Shown here in pieces: positions 30,080 to 40,394 of a stretch of DNA of 64,000 bases. Location of the stretch: assembly GCA_964291265.2 (NCBI GenBank), contig OZ219746.1, positions 1 to 64,000 on the forward strand. Reading direction: 5' to 3'. The translations under genes and the position numbers were made by a program. The notes below the pieces were generated by a model. That model was not told the origin of the DNA. It saw only the letters and a program-made list of their open reading frames with translations, and did not search any database. This DNA comes from Alphaproteobacteria bacterium (GTDB lineage: Bacteria > Pseudomonadota > Alphaproteobacteria > SP197). How positions within the stretch are numbered: position 1 is the first letter of the stretch; every line of letters begins with the position of its first letter.

Positions 30080-30480
30080 AACCGGCTGCCTGTGCAGACC
30101 GGGATCGTCGTGCGGCGGCGTCTGCTCGTCGGCAATGACCCGTTCGGTATCGCCGATGCCAGTCCCGGGGTTTCGGCAACCCGCCGCTTGATCGACATGC
30201 GGCACCGGCCCTCGGAACATGGTCGCCGGAACGTGCCGTCCTCGAAGCCGGCTGCGGAACGCGACCTTCGAGAGCCTCGACGAGGTCTTCGATGGGCTGG
30301 TGTCACTTCGACACTGTCGGCTTGTGGCACTCCTGACGGCGTGTCGCGGCGTGAAGACTGTTTGTGCTTGCCGACAGGCATCTGGACGCGTCACGGATCG
30401 ATTCTGGATTCCGGCCTGCGGGCCCTGGTGGAGGGCGGTAGGTACCATCCAGCCTGGCATCTCCTCGGTCCTGTCAGGAA
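30080..30480 (+). pseudogene. AbiEi-type (type IV TA) antitoxin remnant
   Basis: TFESLDEVFDGL.SLR...LL.ACR.VK, then RALVEGGRYHP in a shifted frame. Confidence 0.45.
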
Positions 30481-30660
30481 TGCCGCAGGCGGCAGACGGC
30501 GATGCTCGACCGATAGGTGGCGCAGGTTCGCCCGCTCCGGAGTGCTCACCAGTCGGGTGAGATCGTCCGGCAAACGGATGCCAGGAGACCTTCAACATGA
30601 TACGACTTCGTCATACGGCGATTCGCCGAGTGCCGGCTCATGGCGCCGGGGGAGGGGACG

Positions 30661-32316
30661 ATGAGCGACTACTTCGACCTTGGGTCCTATCGCTTTTCCG
30701 TCACCACGACTTCGAGCGAGGCGCAGATCTGGTTCGACAGGGGCCTGGCATGGACCTACGGCTTCAACCACGAGGAAGCGGTCGCCTGTTTCGAGAGGGC
30801 CCTGGAGGCGGACCCTGGCTGCTGCATGGCGCACTGGGGCGTCGCCTACGCCGTGGGGCCGAACTACAACAAGCCCTGGGCCGACTTCGGTGAGGAGGAA
30901 CGGGTGGCGTGCCTGGCCCGAGGACGATCGCAAGCGGGTGAAGCGGTGCGCTGCTCGCAGGGCGCGACCGCGGTCGAGAGGGCGCTGTGCCTGGCTCTGG
31001 TCCGGCGTTACCCCGAGGTCGACGACGGTGAATGGGACGGCTGGAACGATGCCTATGCGGCGGCCATGCGGATGGTCCATGCCGCGCATGCCGGCAGCCT
31101 CGACGTCTGCGCCCTTCTCGCCGAATCGTTGCTGGTTCGCACGCCGTGGGAACTCTGGGACCTGGATGCCGGCGAGGCCGCCGAAGGTTCCGCCGTAATG
31201 GAGGCCATCGATGTCCTGGAGACCGCCCTCGCCGAACTTCCCGGCGCGGACCGGCATGCCGGTCTGCTTCACCTGCATGTTCATGCCATGGAGATGTCGC
31301 CCCATCCCGAACGGGCTCTGAGGTCGGGCGATGCGCTTTTCTCCGTCATGCCGGAGTCGGGGCACCTGCGCCACATGCCGACCCACATCGACGTCCTGTG
31401 CGGCAACTATCAGGCTGTCGTGGAGCGCAACCACGCGGCCATCGTGGAAGACCGGAAGTTCGTCGAGTACGCCGGCGTCTTCAACTTCTATTCCGGCTAC
31501 CGGGCTCACGACTATCACTTCAAGGTCTACGGCGCGATGTTCCTGGGCCAGTACAAGCCCGCCATCGAGGCCGCCGAGGAGATGATCGAGACCCTGCCGA
31601 GGGAGCTCCTCGAATTCGGTTCGCCGCCCCTGGTCGACTGGCTGGAGGGCTACATCCCGATCAAGCAGCATGTGCTCATACGATTCGGCAAGTGGTCGGA
31701 GATCCTGGAGCAGCCGCTGCCCGACGATCCCGAGCTTTACTGCGTCACCACTGCGATGATGCACTACGCCCGCTGCGTGGCCTCGGCCGCGACGGGAGAG
31801 GTGACCAGGGCGGAGGCGGAACGCGACCTCTTCCTCGAAGCGCGCGGCCGTGTGCCCGATAGCCGCCGGTTGTTCGCCAGTAGCTGCCTCGACATTCTCG
31901 CCGTGGCCGAGCAGATGCTTCTGGGTGAACTGGAGTACCGCAAGGGCAACCACGACGTTGCGTTCGGCCACCTGCGCCGTGCGGTCGAACTGGACGACAG
32001 CCTGCCTTATGACGAGCCCTGGGCCTGGATGCAACCGGCCCGCCACGCTCTCGGGGCGCTTCTGATGGAACAGGGTCGCTACGTCGAGGCCGAAGCGGTC
32101 TACCGTGCCGATCTGGGATTCGATGCAACCCTGCGCCGCCCCTGCCAGCACCCCGACAACGTCTGGAGTCTGCACGGTCTCCACGAATGCCTGGTCCGCC
32201 GCGGTGATACGGTCGAGGCGCCGATCATCAAGCAGCGACTGGACCTCGCCGCTGCGCGCTGCGACGTGCCGGTGCACGCGTCATGCTACTGCCGCATGCA
32301 GAACGTCATTTCCTGA
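30661..32316 (+). CDS. TPR-repeat protein
   Basis: AQIWFDRGL..TYGFNHEEA..CF, AHWG.AYA.GPNYN, HLRHMPTHI, HP.NVWSLHG. Confidence 0.8.
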   Translation: MSDYFDLGSYRFSVTTTSSEAQIWFDRGLAWTYGFNHEEAVACFERALEADPGCCMAHWGVAYAVGPNYNKPWADFGEEERVACLARGRSQAGEAVRCSQGATAVERALCLALVRRYPEVDDGEWDGWNDAYAAAMRMVHAAHAGSLDVCALLAESLLVRTPWELWDLDAGEAAEGSAVMEAIDVLETALAELPGADRHAGLLHLHVHAMEMSPHPERALRSGDALFSVMPESGHLRHMPTHIDVLCGNYQAVVERNHAAIVEDRKFVEYAGVFNFYSGYRAHDYHFKVYGAMFLGQYKPAIEAAEEMIETLPRELLEFGSPPLVDWLEGYIPIKQHVLIRFGKWSEILEQPLPDDPELYCVTTAMMHYARCVASAATGEVTRAEAERDLFLEARGRVPDSRRLFASSCLDILAVAEQMLLGELEYRKGNHDVAFGHLRRAVELDDSLPYDEPWAWMQPARHALGALLMEQGRYVEAEAVYRADLGFDATLRRPCQHPDNVWSLHGLHECLVRRGDTVEAPIIKQRLDLAAARCDVPVHASCYCRMQNVIS

Positions 32317-33234
32317 ACGTGCGCGCCGTGGATGGCGTCTGACCGTTCCTGACGTTGACGAGGGCGAGGCTCAGGAGGAGAAGGGCGAAGGCCGTCCAGA
32401 CCCACGCGCTGTGCTGCTCGCCGAACGTGACGATGCCCGCGCCGATGATCATCGGCGTGGCGGCAAAGGTCCACGTGGCGTAGAACACCGGCCCCGCAAT
32501 GCGGATGGTTTCGAACGACGCGAGCCAGAGCCAGACGTTCAGTGCACCGAAGAGCGGGACGAGCCACCAGAGATGCAGGCGTTCGGCATCGAACCACCAG
32601 ACTTGGTCCAGCCAGACGACCGGGACCAGCAGCATCGCCGCGCCGCCTGCCATCATGGCAAACGAGATCGCCAGGGAATCTGTCTCGGGCGGCCAGTCGC
32701 GGGCCATCCAGTTGGCCCAGAGCGCCCAGCCGACGGGAACGACAAGCGCGACTGCAACCCAGGGAACCATGGCACGGGATGGCAGGCCGGTTTCCGGCAA
32801 CACCGTGAGCATCAGGCCTGCGACACCGATCAGGAGTCCGACAAGGCGAATCCAGCGATATCTCTCGATCAGCAGCACGAGCGCGACCAGGTAGGTGAGG
32901 GCCGGCTCGATGGCCATGGTGAGACTCATGACGCCGACAGGCAGGTGCGGCGAGGCCAGGGTCATGGCGACATAGGGATCACGAGCCCGAAAAGCGCCGA
33001 CACCGCGTAGTAGCGCAGGTGGGGCACGGTCCGCGGCACAGACTGGCGCCTCGCCAGCAGAGTCGCCCCGCCCATCGCCGCTCCTGCGAGACATTGCCAG
33101 AAGACGAAACCAAGGAAGGGAACACCTCCCTCGGTGCCGATGCGCAGAAAGACGAGGAAGGCGGTCGCCGGAAGCGCGACCATCATCAGGAGAAAAAGGC
33201 GGAGCAGGAGCGAAGGCTCGGCGACTGGCATCAT
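32306..33234 (-). pseudogene. DMT/EamA transporter with a single frameshift near 32975
   Basis: Hydrophobic N-half (ORF 32962-33288) and C-half (ORF 32306-33361) join at VIP/PYV across a 1-nt slip. Confidence 0.7.
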
Positions 33235-33822
33235 GGCATTCCGAACCCGAAAGCCGGGCGGTCTCGGACATGGGCTCAGGCTGCCCACTAGTCACAAAGG
33301 GTATCATCACAAGTGAATTGAGAGGGTAGTCTTCACCACTGCCGCCGCTTGTCAGCGGCACACCCGGCGATTATGCGGATCGAATGCATGACAAGACCGG
33401 CAGACCGGCGCACCCTGTCAGGATGCCCATCGTCATGGACTAAACTCCCCTGCCGATCCGGTCAACATTGGATCCAGGACTATTCTGTTGTCGTCCCGGC
33501 GCTCGGCGTCGGTTGATTTTGGGGTGGACATCTCGTTTTCGCCGTGGCAGTGTGCTGGCATGATGACGCTTGCCACCCCGGATTCCTCATCGACCTTCGC
33601 GGCGTGACGGTGCACCCGACCCGTGGCGTACGCGCTCCTGACCCCGCGACATAAGCCGGGAACGCGCCATCTGACGGCGCAACAGGACAGCTCTGCTAGA
33701 ACACTCGAAAATGCGTATCCGGTGAGCCCCGATGCACCAGCAGTGACCACTGAAACCGGCCCACAGTGAACCCGGGTACCTCAACCATACCAGGTCCCTG
33801 TCACATCAACAATCCACAGGAC

Positions 33823-34293
33823 TTAGCGATCCGCGCATCGTTGTCGATTTAGGAACTCACGGCGTTGCTTGCGGCTGCCGGCAAATGGATACAATAACCG
33901 CTGTCCTGTTGCCTTAGTTGGCAGAATGTCCTTGTCTTTGAAGTCGTCACGGAGTTTGCCGTCATTTGAGCAAAGAACTTTGGCGCCGCTTGCAAGTGCT
34001 AATGACAAGATATGTAAATCATTTGATCTTGGGGTCTTTTGAGCCAATTGACTGTCAGTAATATAAAGCTGGTCCGCTGAGATTTTTCGAAGATGTCCTC
34101 CTTGGTCATACCGTCGGATAAGATCCATAACGGCGCTATTGTTTCGAAGTTCTGTGAAATACTGCCCAGCGCTAGAGACCGCCAGTATCCCGTGCCTACT
34201 GCCAATCCACGATAGAAACAAATTGTCACCTTCGCCGCGTCGTTTCACCAGTACAGGAAATGAATCTGCATCAACGATAGCGACCACGCACAT
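33823..34293 (-). CDS. PIN-like domain protein
   Basis: AIVDAD at the N-terminus; SND.HIL.LALAS.A.VL.SND..L..DF. Confidence 0.6.
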   Translation of the reverse strand: MCVVAIVDADSFPVLVKRRGEGDNLFLSWIGSRHGILAVSSAGQYFTELRNNSAVMDLIRRYDQGGHLRKISADQLYITDSQLAQKTPRSNDLHILSLALASGAKVLCSNDGKLRDDFKDKDILPTKATGQRLLYPFAGSRKQRREFLNRQRCADR

Positions 34294-34306
34294 TTGCTTT
34301 ACCTAT

Positions 34307-35569
34307 CTACTTGAGGCCCAGTAGGCGCTCTGTTTCTGTCAAGAAAAACTCTCGATAGGTACTAGGTGGATCCAACACATTTCCCATTGAATCGACCGAG
34401 ATATTGTGAATTCTGGTCTCGGTGTTATCTTCATAGTTTTCAAAATACAGGATCACAAGGTCTTCTGGTTGCAACACTTGTTGCAATACACATAATCTGA
34501 AACGATCGACGATATGATCACTGTGGGTTTCAATAATGTAATCGTGTGGTCCTTCGGCCATATATTGGGCCAATTTAGCCTGTGCCACTGGATGAACGTG
34601 GACTTCTGGTTGTTGCAGCAAAAAAATACTTGGTGTGTCAGTTACAGCTATGGCGTGTATAAAAGGGAGTATTGAATGCACACCGTAACCCACATCAATT
34701 AGATTATGGGTGCCAGCGGCCGTTGTGACCAAAACATCCGTTGCTTCGCCCAAGTCGATTTCAGTCAACGTGATGTCGCTCCACAAACCTAATGCCGTGC
34801 CGGCCTGTGCGATCAGTGAGCGTTCCGAAGAATTGCTTAAATACACCGGGGGCTCCTTGTAACTGCGCAGCCTGGGAGGCGCATGCGGCTCAGGAGCTTT
34901 AACGTGAAAACTAGGATGTGCGGGCAATGGCATCTCGGAACGGAAGAAGTTAATGAATTTACCGAAGTTAATGATTTCTTCCGATGTGCTTGGTACACAT
35001 TCTCGTTTTGCAAAAATTGTGCTATCCGCATTGTATGGGAAAAAACCGTGACGCACGTTACGCGATAACCAAGTAGAAATGGGTACAAAGGATATTTCCG
35101 CCCACTTCATAGAAAAATCAAAATTTGGACCATGAAACACCAAACGTTTATTTTTACTGCTGTCACCATTATAGATTGACATTTCGATGTGCGCAGACGA
35201 AGCATCCTTTGCAGCAAAGGAAAACTCGGTGCGTGTTTCATAAGGCCGTCCCTTATTGTCGCGTCCGAAGGAAAACATGGCTGATGAGTGAATGTGATCG
35301 TCATATTGACCAGTAATTGTAAAGTTGGAAGAGCCCAAACGGGCTATCGAGTCGTATTCACCCATGGAAAATGGAGGTTGGTCAAAGATGTGATTGTCAG
35401 GCAAGTCAACTAAATTGGAGAGGTGAGCGAATGCATTGAAGCAGCCCAGAAAAGTGGATTTACCGACGCTGTTTTCACCAACAAGCAAGGTGATGCGACC
35501 CAGACGTGCGTGTTGGGGAGAGTTGAAACGGCGAATATTCTGGAGAGACATTTCGCTTATACGAGGCAT
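34307..35569 (-). CDS. ABC/AAA-type ATPase (AAA_21/DUF3696-like, defence-associated)
   Basis: GENSVGKST, DVGYG, LLQQPEVHVHP, IETHSDH. ATG overlaps the upstream stop (TAATG). Confidence 0.8.
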   Translation of the reverse strand: MPRISEMSLQNIRRFNSPQHARLGRITLLVGENSVGKSTFLGCFNAFAHLSNLVDLPDNHIFDQPPFSMGEYDSIARLGSSNFTITGQYDDHIHSSAMFSFGRDNKGRPYETRTEFSFAAKDASSAHIEMSIYNGDSSKNKRLVFHGPNFDFSMKWAEISFVPISTWLSRNVRHGFFPYNADSTIFAKRECVPSTSEEIINFGKFINFFRSEMPLPAHPSFHVKAPEPHAPPRLRSYKEPPVYLSNSSERSLIAQAGTALGLWSDITLTEIDLGEATDVLVTTAAGTHNLIDVGYGVHSILPFIHAIAVTDTPSIFLLQQPEVHVHPVAQAKLAQYMAEGPHDYIIETHSDHIVDRFRLCVLQQVLQPEDLVILYFENYEDNTETRIHNISVDSMGNVLDPPSTYREFFLTETERLLGLK

Positions 35570-37056
35570 TAGCGATCTCCTGAAGACGGCAGAAAACGTG
35601 TCAGCAGATTGCCGCACTTTATGAGAAAACGACTAATGAAAGAGTCTACAGCTTTCGTTTCGTGCGGTGCATTAAGGAGGAATGGGTACTTGAACTGATC
35701 GCCGAGGGCTGTCTTTCCGACGACGGAACAGTGTTCATTGCACTCCAGAGCTTCCACGTCAAGGCGATTCGGTATCATACTGTAGTGCTGTCGACCCGCG
35801 CGATCTGGCCACCAAGTGTCAGCTATCACAAGTCGTATCATCGCGACGACCATTGAGGTCGCAAGGTTTGCGCAGAACGGGAAGACGTTCTGGTTGCGTG
35901 GCTCATGCTCGGATTCAGTGAGGTTGTGGACATATGATGGATCATCCAGAGAGCCGTCGACATCGAGAACAACATCGGAACTGGTATATTGGCCGTCACA
36001 TCGCAGACAACGAAACATCGGACCGATGGTCGTTACACTCCAAGCCGCCTGGCCGAGTGTGCCGTCCGGCTTGTTGTCGATGAACACGCCACCGGATATA
36101 ACGGGAATACAATGTGCATAGGCGACGTGGTTCAAAAGATCCTTGGGAAGCGGGCGATCCACGGCGGAGAATAGGATATCGCAATCAAGAACGGCGGTGA
36201 AGGCGCGACTGTCTTGAATGGGCAAGGCGAACGTTTGGATAGAAAAGCCAGCGGCGGTCGCCGATCGGCTTGCCTGCTGGGCGACGAGTTCGACTTTTAA
36301 TGAGCCGACATCGTTTTCGGAGGCGTACATCAAGCGGTCGAGGTTGTGGGTCTCTATCCGATCCGGATCGATGATCGTGACCCTTTCCATGCCCATCCTT
36401 GCCAAGGATTCGGCAATCACGCAGCCCACGCTTCCGACTCCGACGATACCGAAATGAAGACCGGTGAGGTCTCGTTGGCGTTTGATACCCCAAGTGTCGA
36501 TCGTACGCTGTAGAAATCTGCGTCGCTCACCTGCAGGGCGCTGTTTAAACGTGACGCGAAAGTGGCGTCCGACGATGCGAACCCTTTCGCACCATGTTCG
36601 ATTGAAGGTTTCGCCGTCCCAGTTCCAAAAACGAGCGCTCCAACTGTGGTCCGTGCCAAGCGTCAATCCAACGAGAGGCAGTCCGGTTGCACGAGCGGCA
36701 GGTGAGATTCGATCTCGTTCGGCGACGATGTCGAGCACGCTCATGTCCTGCCAGCCGTCGGTAAAGTGGCTGTGCATGAATGCCAGCCCGGCCCCCCGAA
36801 GGATGGCAATTCGTGTCGCACGGGTCAAGTAAGTTGGTTCGAAACTCGTGCCACCATGCAAGTGTCGTTCACCTTCACCCGGGAGCAATATCTCGAATAC
36901 GATGGCAGCTTTTCTGCTGGCCCCCGTTGAGGGACGCCACAGGGCAAAGCAAAGTTCCTCCTGCATGTATCCGGCGTTCACGTGCCGGAGCAGATGAGCG
37001 GATGCGCTGTCGTGCGCCTCTTGGGTCAGAACAGTATCGAAGATCAAATCTGGCAC
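35569..37056 (-). CDS. JAB peptidase - E1 (ThiF) fusion
   Basis: N-terminal E...HSH...S..D JAB motif; GVGSVG, D.DRIE..NLDR, CLRC and C..C zinc ligands. Confidence 0.85.
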   Translation of the reverse strand: MPDLIFDTVLTQEAHDSASAHLLRHVNAGYMQEELCFALWRPSTGASRKAAIVFEILLPGEGERHLHGGTSFEPTYLTRATRIAILRGAGLAFMHSHFTDGWQDMSVLDIVAERDRISPAARATGLPLVGLTLGTDHSWSARFWNWDGETFNRTWCERVRIVGRHFRVTFKQRPAGERRRFLQRTIDTWGIKRQRDLTGLHFGIVGVGSVGCVIAESLARMGMERVTIIDPDRIETHNLDRLMYASENDVGSLKVELVAQQASRSATAAGFSIQTFALPIQDSRAFTAVLDCDILFSAVDRPLPKDLLNHVAYAHCIPVISGGVFIDNKPDGTLGQAAWSVTTIGPMFRCLRCDGQYTSSDVVLDVDGSLDDPSYVHNLTESEHEPRNQNVFPFCANLATSMVVAMIRLVIADTWWPDRAGRQHYSMIPNRLDVEALECNEHCSVVGKTALGDQFKYPFLLNAPHETKAVDSFISRFLIKCGNLLTRFLPSSGDR

Positions 37057-37424
37057 CAGAAACGAAGAAGATGTCTAATAAGGAATGTTTTCATGTTCCT
37101 TTCCGAAGCTGGGATAGAATCCCAGAAATCACTGGGTGGTACGCTGAAGGCTTTCCAATGGTGATTGTCATAGGTGAATGATGAATGCACAGGAAGTTTC
37201 GCATTCGGGAGGTCAGCAACATAGATAAAATGTGGTGGATAATCGGGATAACTGTCTTCCTGGAAGCCGATTGCGATGGTGAAAAATTGATCCTTGTATC
37301 TTCCTGTTGGAACTGATTGGGTCAGCGTAACGACTGTTTGCTGAATAAAGCCGTCTGCGGATACAATTTGCGGTTCGTGTCCCAGCTCTGCAAGCTCGGC
37401 ACAGATTAAATCGATAGGCTTCAT
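37044..37424 (-). CDS. Prokaryotic E2-like (ubiquitin-conjugating fold) protein
   Basis: YP..PPHFIY motif, W..FS.PP.DFW, position between Ubl and E1; ATGA overlap with the Ubl stop. Confidence 0.6.
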   Translation of the reverse strand: MKPIDLICAELAELGHEPQIVSADGFIQQTVVTLTQSVPTGRYKDQFFTIAIGFQEDSYPDYPPHFIYVADLPNAKLPVHSSFTYDNHHWKAFSVPPSDFWDSIPASERNMKTFLIRHLLRFWCQI

Positions 37425-37903
37425 GGATCTGGAGCAAATGCCACGGGGGTTGCCCCGGAGTGTACCGCCAAGAATTCATCGTCATTCGTAATATCGACAA
37501 TGTCGATCAAGTTGCGATATTTTATACCGGTATTGATGTTTTCAAGGATGTAGCTGTTGAGTTGGTTGAGGTCGATGCTGGCGGACTTCCCGGCAGCTCG
37601 GAGGATGTTTTTTACGGAGAGGGTCGCATTAGTCGTTGTTTGTTGCTCTCCATTGACCTTGTAGTGAATCACCGTGTCAAGGGTCGGCTTTGAATCATGG
37701 TCCCTTTTTTTTGTCGTAACGCGGTCGCCGGAGTGAATGTCGATATTCTGCTTGGGATCGAGATGTTCGGTGCCGCCTTGAGAAATCAAGAGAAAATGGT
37801 CTGGGGACAAGCCAGCGATAGCAAGGACTTCTGCAACGGTTAGGGAGACCTTGCGAGCGGAGTGTGGTTTGTCGTCTATGAAGAACTCAATGGAGTCTGC
37901 CAT
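37421..37903 (-). CDS. Multi-ubiquitin-domain protein (two beta-grasp domains)
   Basis: Repeats FFIDD...LTVAEVL.IAG and YKVNGE...LSVKNIL.AAG; C-terminus FLAVHSGATPVA-FAPDP; RBS AGAGGA. Confidence 0.75.
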   Translation of the reverse strand: MADSIEFFIDDKPHSARKVSLTVAEVLAIAGLSPDHFLLISQGGTEHLDPKQNIDIHSGDRVTTKKRDHDSKPTLDTVIHYKVNGEQQTTTNATLSVKNILRAAGKSASIDLNQLNSYILENINTGIKYRNLIDIVDITNDDEFLAVHSGATPVAFAPDP

Positions 37904-38139
37904 GTTATCCTCTTTGGCATTAGGCAAAAAGATGTTGCAAGCAGGACGGGGTTGGCTGGCTTGTCCACTTTCTACTATGTCACTACATCGTTTAGGTCGA
38001 AGGATCAAGTGATGGCGTCTGAATTCTAGAGCGAGGGGTAGAAATGTCAAGCGCGTGGAACGGATCGCGGGGAACGTGTCGGACTTCTCCTTCGGTCTCA
38101 AGGCGGAGCGAAGGGAGAATGGTACCCCGGCACCGAAGC

Positions 38140-38290
38140 AAACCACTTCCGAGATGCGCAACGCAGCGCCGTAGGCGACAACGGTTGCCATGCTGTAGCG
38201 CACGTCGGTGGATCGCCTGGATCAGGTGCTTGAAAGCCCGTCGGGAGTTGTCCGCGGCAGGCGTTCGGGAGCCCGGCGAGAACGAAGATG
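38140..38290 (-). pseudogene. Tyrosine recombinase fragment
   Basis: VAYGAALRISEVVC resembles the YGAGLR.SE catalytic-Arg motif. Confidence 0.45.
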
Positions 38291-39127
38291 TTCGACGTTC
38301 TAGGGCTGATTGAGCACACTACCATAGAACAGGCGGATCGTCATGGTCCGGAACGCCATGGCCGATGACGGCATTTCTACGAGACGGCGGCCGGGGAGGG
38401 AGAGGCATGAGCCGCCCGTTGCCGGATTCAGCGCTTGTGCGTCTTTCGATCTCGGCGACGACGGGGAATGGGCGCAGGTCGCAGAGCGGGCTCGGGAACA
38501 GGGGAAGTCGGCCTCGCGCGGTTTGTGGATGCGGTGCTGGCGGTGGCCGATACCCGCACGGTCGAGGGTGAACGGGACCTGCAACCCGAAGCCCGTCCGG
38601 CAAGGCGAACTGCTCTGAAACGGGCCCACCTCGGAAGACGCGGCAGCCGAAGACGGTGGACCACGATCTCGGACCAAGGAGCGAAATCATCTGCTGTTGC
38701 GCACAGTGGTACCGAGTTGGCAGATTGCATCCGGCAGGAGCGGTGGCTACCGCAGGCGTGACCGGTCCCGAGAGCGACGCGGAGATGGGACGGGAACTCG
38801 AAAACGTGGAGACCTGATCGTGAACGAGGGCTGCGGTGCCAAGGGCGGGCGATACAGGATCATCGTAAGCGTTCGGCCGTGCGGTGACGGCTGATTTTGG
38901 TTGGTTTTGGGACTGGCTGACAACCGTCTGAGAAAGTGCTGGTAACGCATCCTCAACCGGTGAATATCACCAACAATCACCGCGCGACCGAACGCTTACC
39001 CCGAAGCCATGTTGGCAGGAAAGGACGCCCGGGAGACCTCAAGCACGATGACCTGCAAGCGTCCGGTCTTGCCCCGGTTTTCGCTCGGCATTCTCCCAAG
39101 CGCTGTCATCCCCTCATGAGCGAACGC

Positions 39128-40394
39128 TTACCGCTGCCTGGGCCTGGCGGCCAGCACATCATCAAGACTTGGGGCGGCCAGCACCGCCTCCGCCCAGGCT
39201 TCCAGTTCGGCGGCCGACGCGCCGCGCACCCGCTCGCGGAACGCATCCGGCACATCACCGAAGCGCAAGGACAGTTGACGAAGAAGAAGTTCCGCGAGGG
39301 CCTCGCTCCGGCCTCGTTCAAGTCCCCTCTCGAGTCTCTCGGCTCTTCCTCTCTCGATACCCTCGGCTCTTCCCCTCTCGATACCCTCGGCTCGTCCTCT
39401 CTCGATTCCCTCGGCTCGTCCTCTCTCGATACCCTCGGCTCGTCCTCTCTCGATTCCCTCGGCTCTTCCCCTCTCGATACCCTCGGCTCTTCCCCTCTCG
39501 ATACCCTCGGCTCTTCCCCTCTCGATACCCTCGGCTCTTCCCCTCTCGATACCCTCGGCTCTTCCCTGTTCGACCCAGGTTTGTGCGATCGTGCCCATCA
39601 ACACCTCCCAATGGTCCGGCTTCGTCCGGCGCAAAGACGCCTCCAGCATGGCCGGCGTCAGGCCCTTGTGCTCGGTCATGTAGCGCACAATATGGTGCTC
39701 GAAGTCGCTCCCTGCAAGCAGCCCGTCCATGATCACGTCGAGAAGATCGGGCGGTACCTCCTCGGCAAAGGCAAACCTGAGCGCCAGAAGAGCGGACCGC
39801 ACCTCGGGCGAGGTCGACGGCCGGTCCGGCGCCATCTCCCCGAGGTCGTGCACCACATAGGCGAACTCCCTGACGAACGACTTCAGCTTCTCGGGCGCGT
39901 CGATCATCTTCAGCACCGAGCGCGCCGCCTTCCAGCGCCCCCGGCCGTGATAGAAGACCAGGGGGATGATCGCCGGCAGCTTGATGTCGTTCCCGCCGCC
40001 CTCGCTCTTGCTCCGCTCGCTCTTGCTCCGCTCGATCTCGCGCCGCCAGATGTTGACCATGTATCCCAGGAGCTGGAGCGGCGTCGCGGCGTCGACGTAG
40101 CTCTTGTGTTCGAGCAGCACGTAGAGGCTTAGCATCTTTGCCGTCCTTCAATCTCACCCGGAACAGCGCATCGCACTGGGTGGTACGGGCGGCCTTGTCG
40201 ACGAAACTCTCCCCAACCGCCTCGAACGGCGCCTCGGGATCGAGGAGTTCAGCCACCTTCCGCGGCAGGTAGTCGGTGAGCAGAGAAGCGGCACGGGACG
40301 GTTCGGAGACCAGTGCCCGGAACAGCGTATCGTGTCGATTCACCGGAAGTCTCACCGAGCGAGACCCCGGCGTTTCAACGGGCATCGTGCTCAC
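39128..40394 (-). pseudogene. Rpn/YhgA-like nuclease copy 2, one frameshift near 40130
   Basis: RHDTLFRAL...ESFVD...CDALFRV | LYVLLEHKS...PLVFYHG. Confidence 0.85.
39340..39566 (-). repeat. 24-bp coding VNTR, 9 x GIERGRAE
   Basis: Nine CTCGAT(A/T)C-containing units at 24-bp spacing; copy 1 has only a short equivalent. Confidence 0.95.

Noticed and set aside
32960-32990. Phase variation of the EamA transporter
   Set aside because: The slip lies in a run of only 3 G; ordinary mutation or sequencing error is more likely.
35569-37903. CBASS type II (Cap2/Cap3)
   Set aside because: No CD-NTase is adjacent, the fusion is JAB-E1 rather than E2-E1, and a dedicated Ubl is present.
38400-38700. MobC/RHH-like gene
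   Set aside because: Only a weak resemblance across a frameshift; not supportable as a feature.
39340-39566. CRISPR array
   Set aside because: The 24-bp units are contiguous with no unique spacers and encode an in-frame peptide repeat; no cas genes are present.
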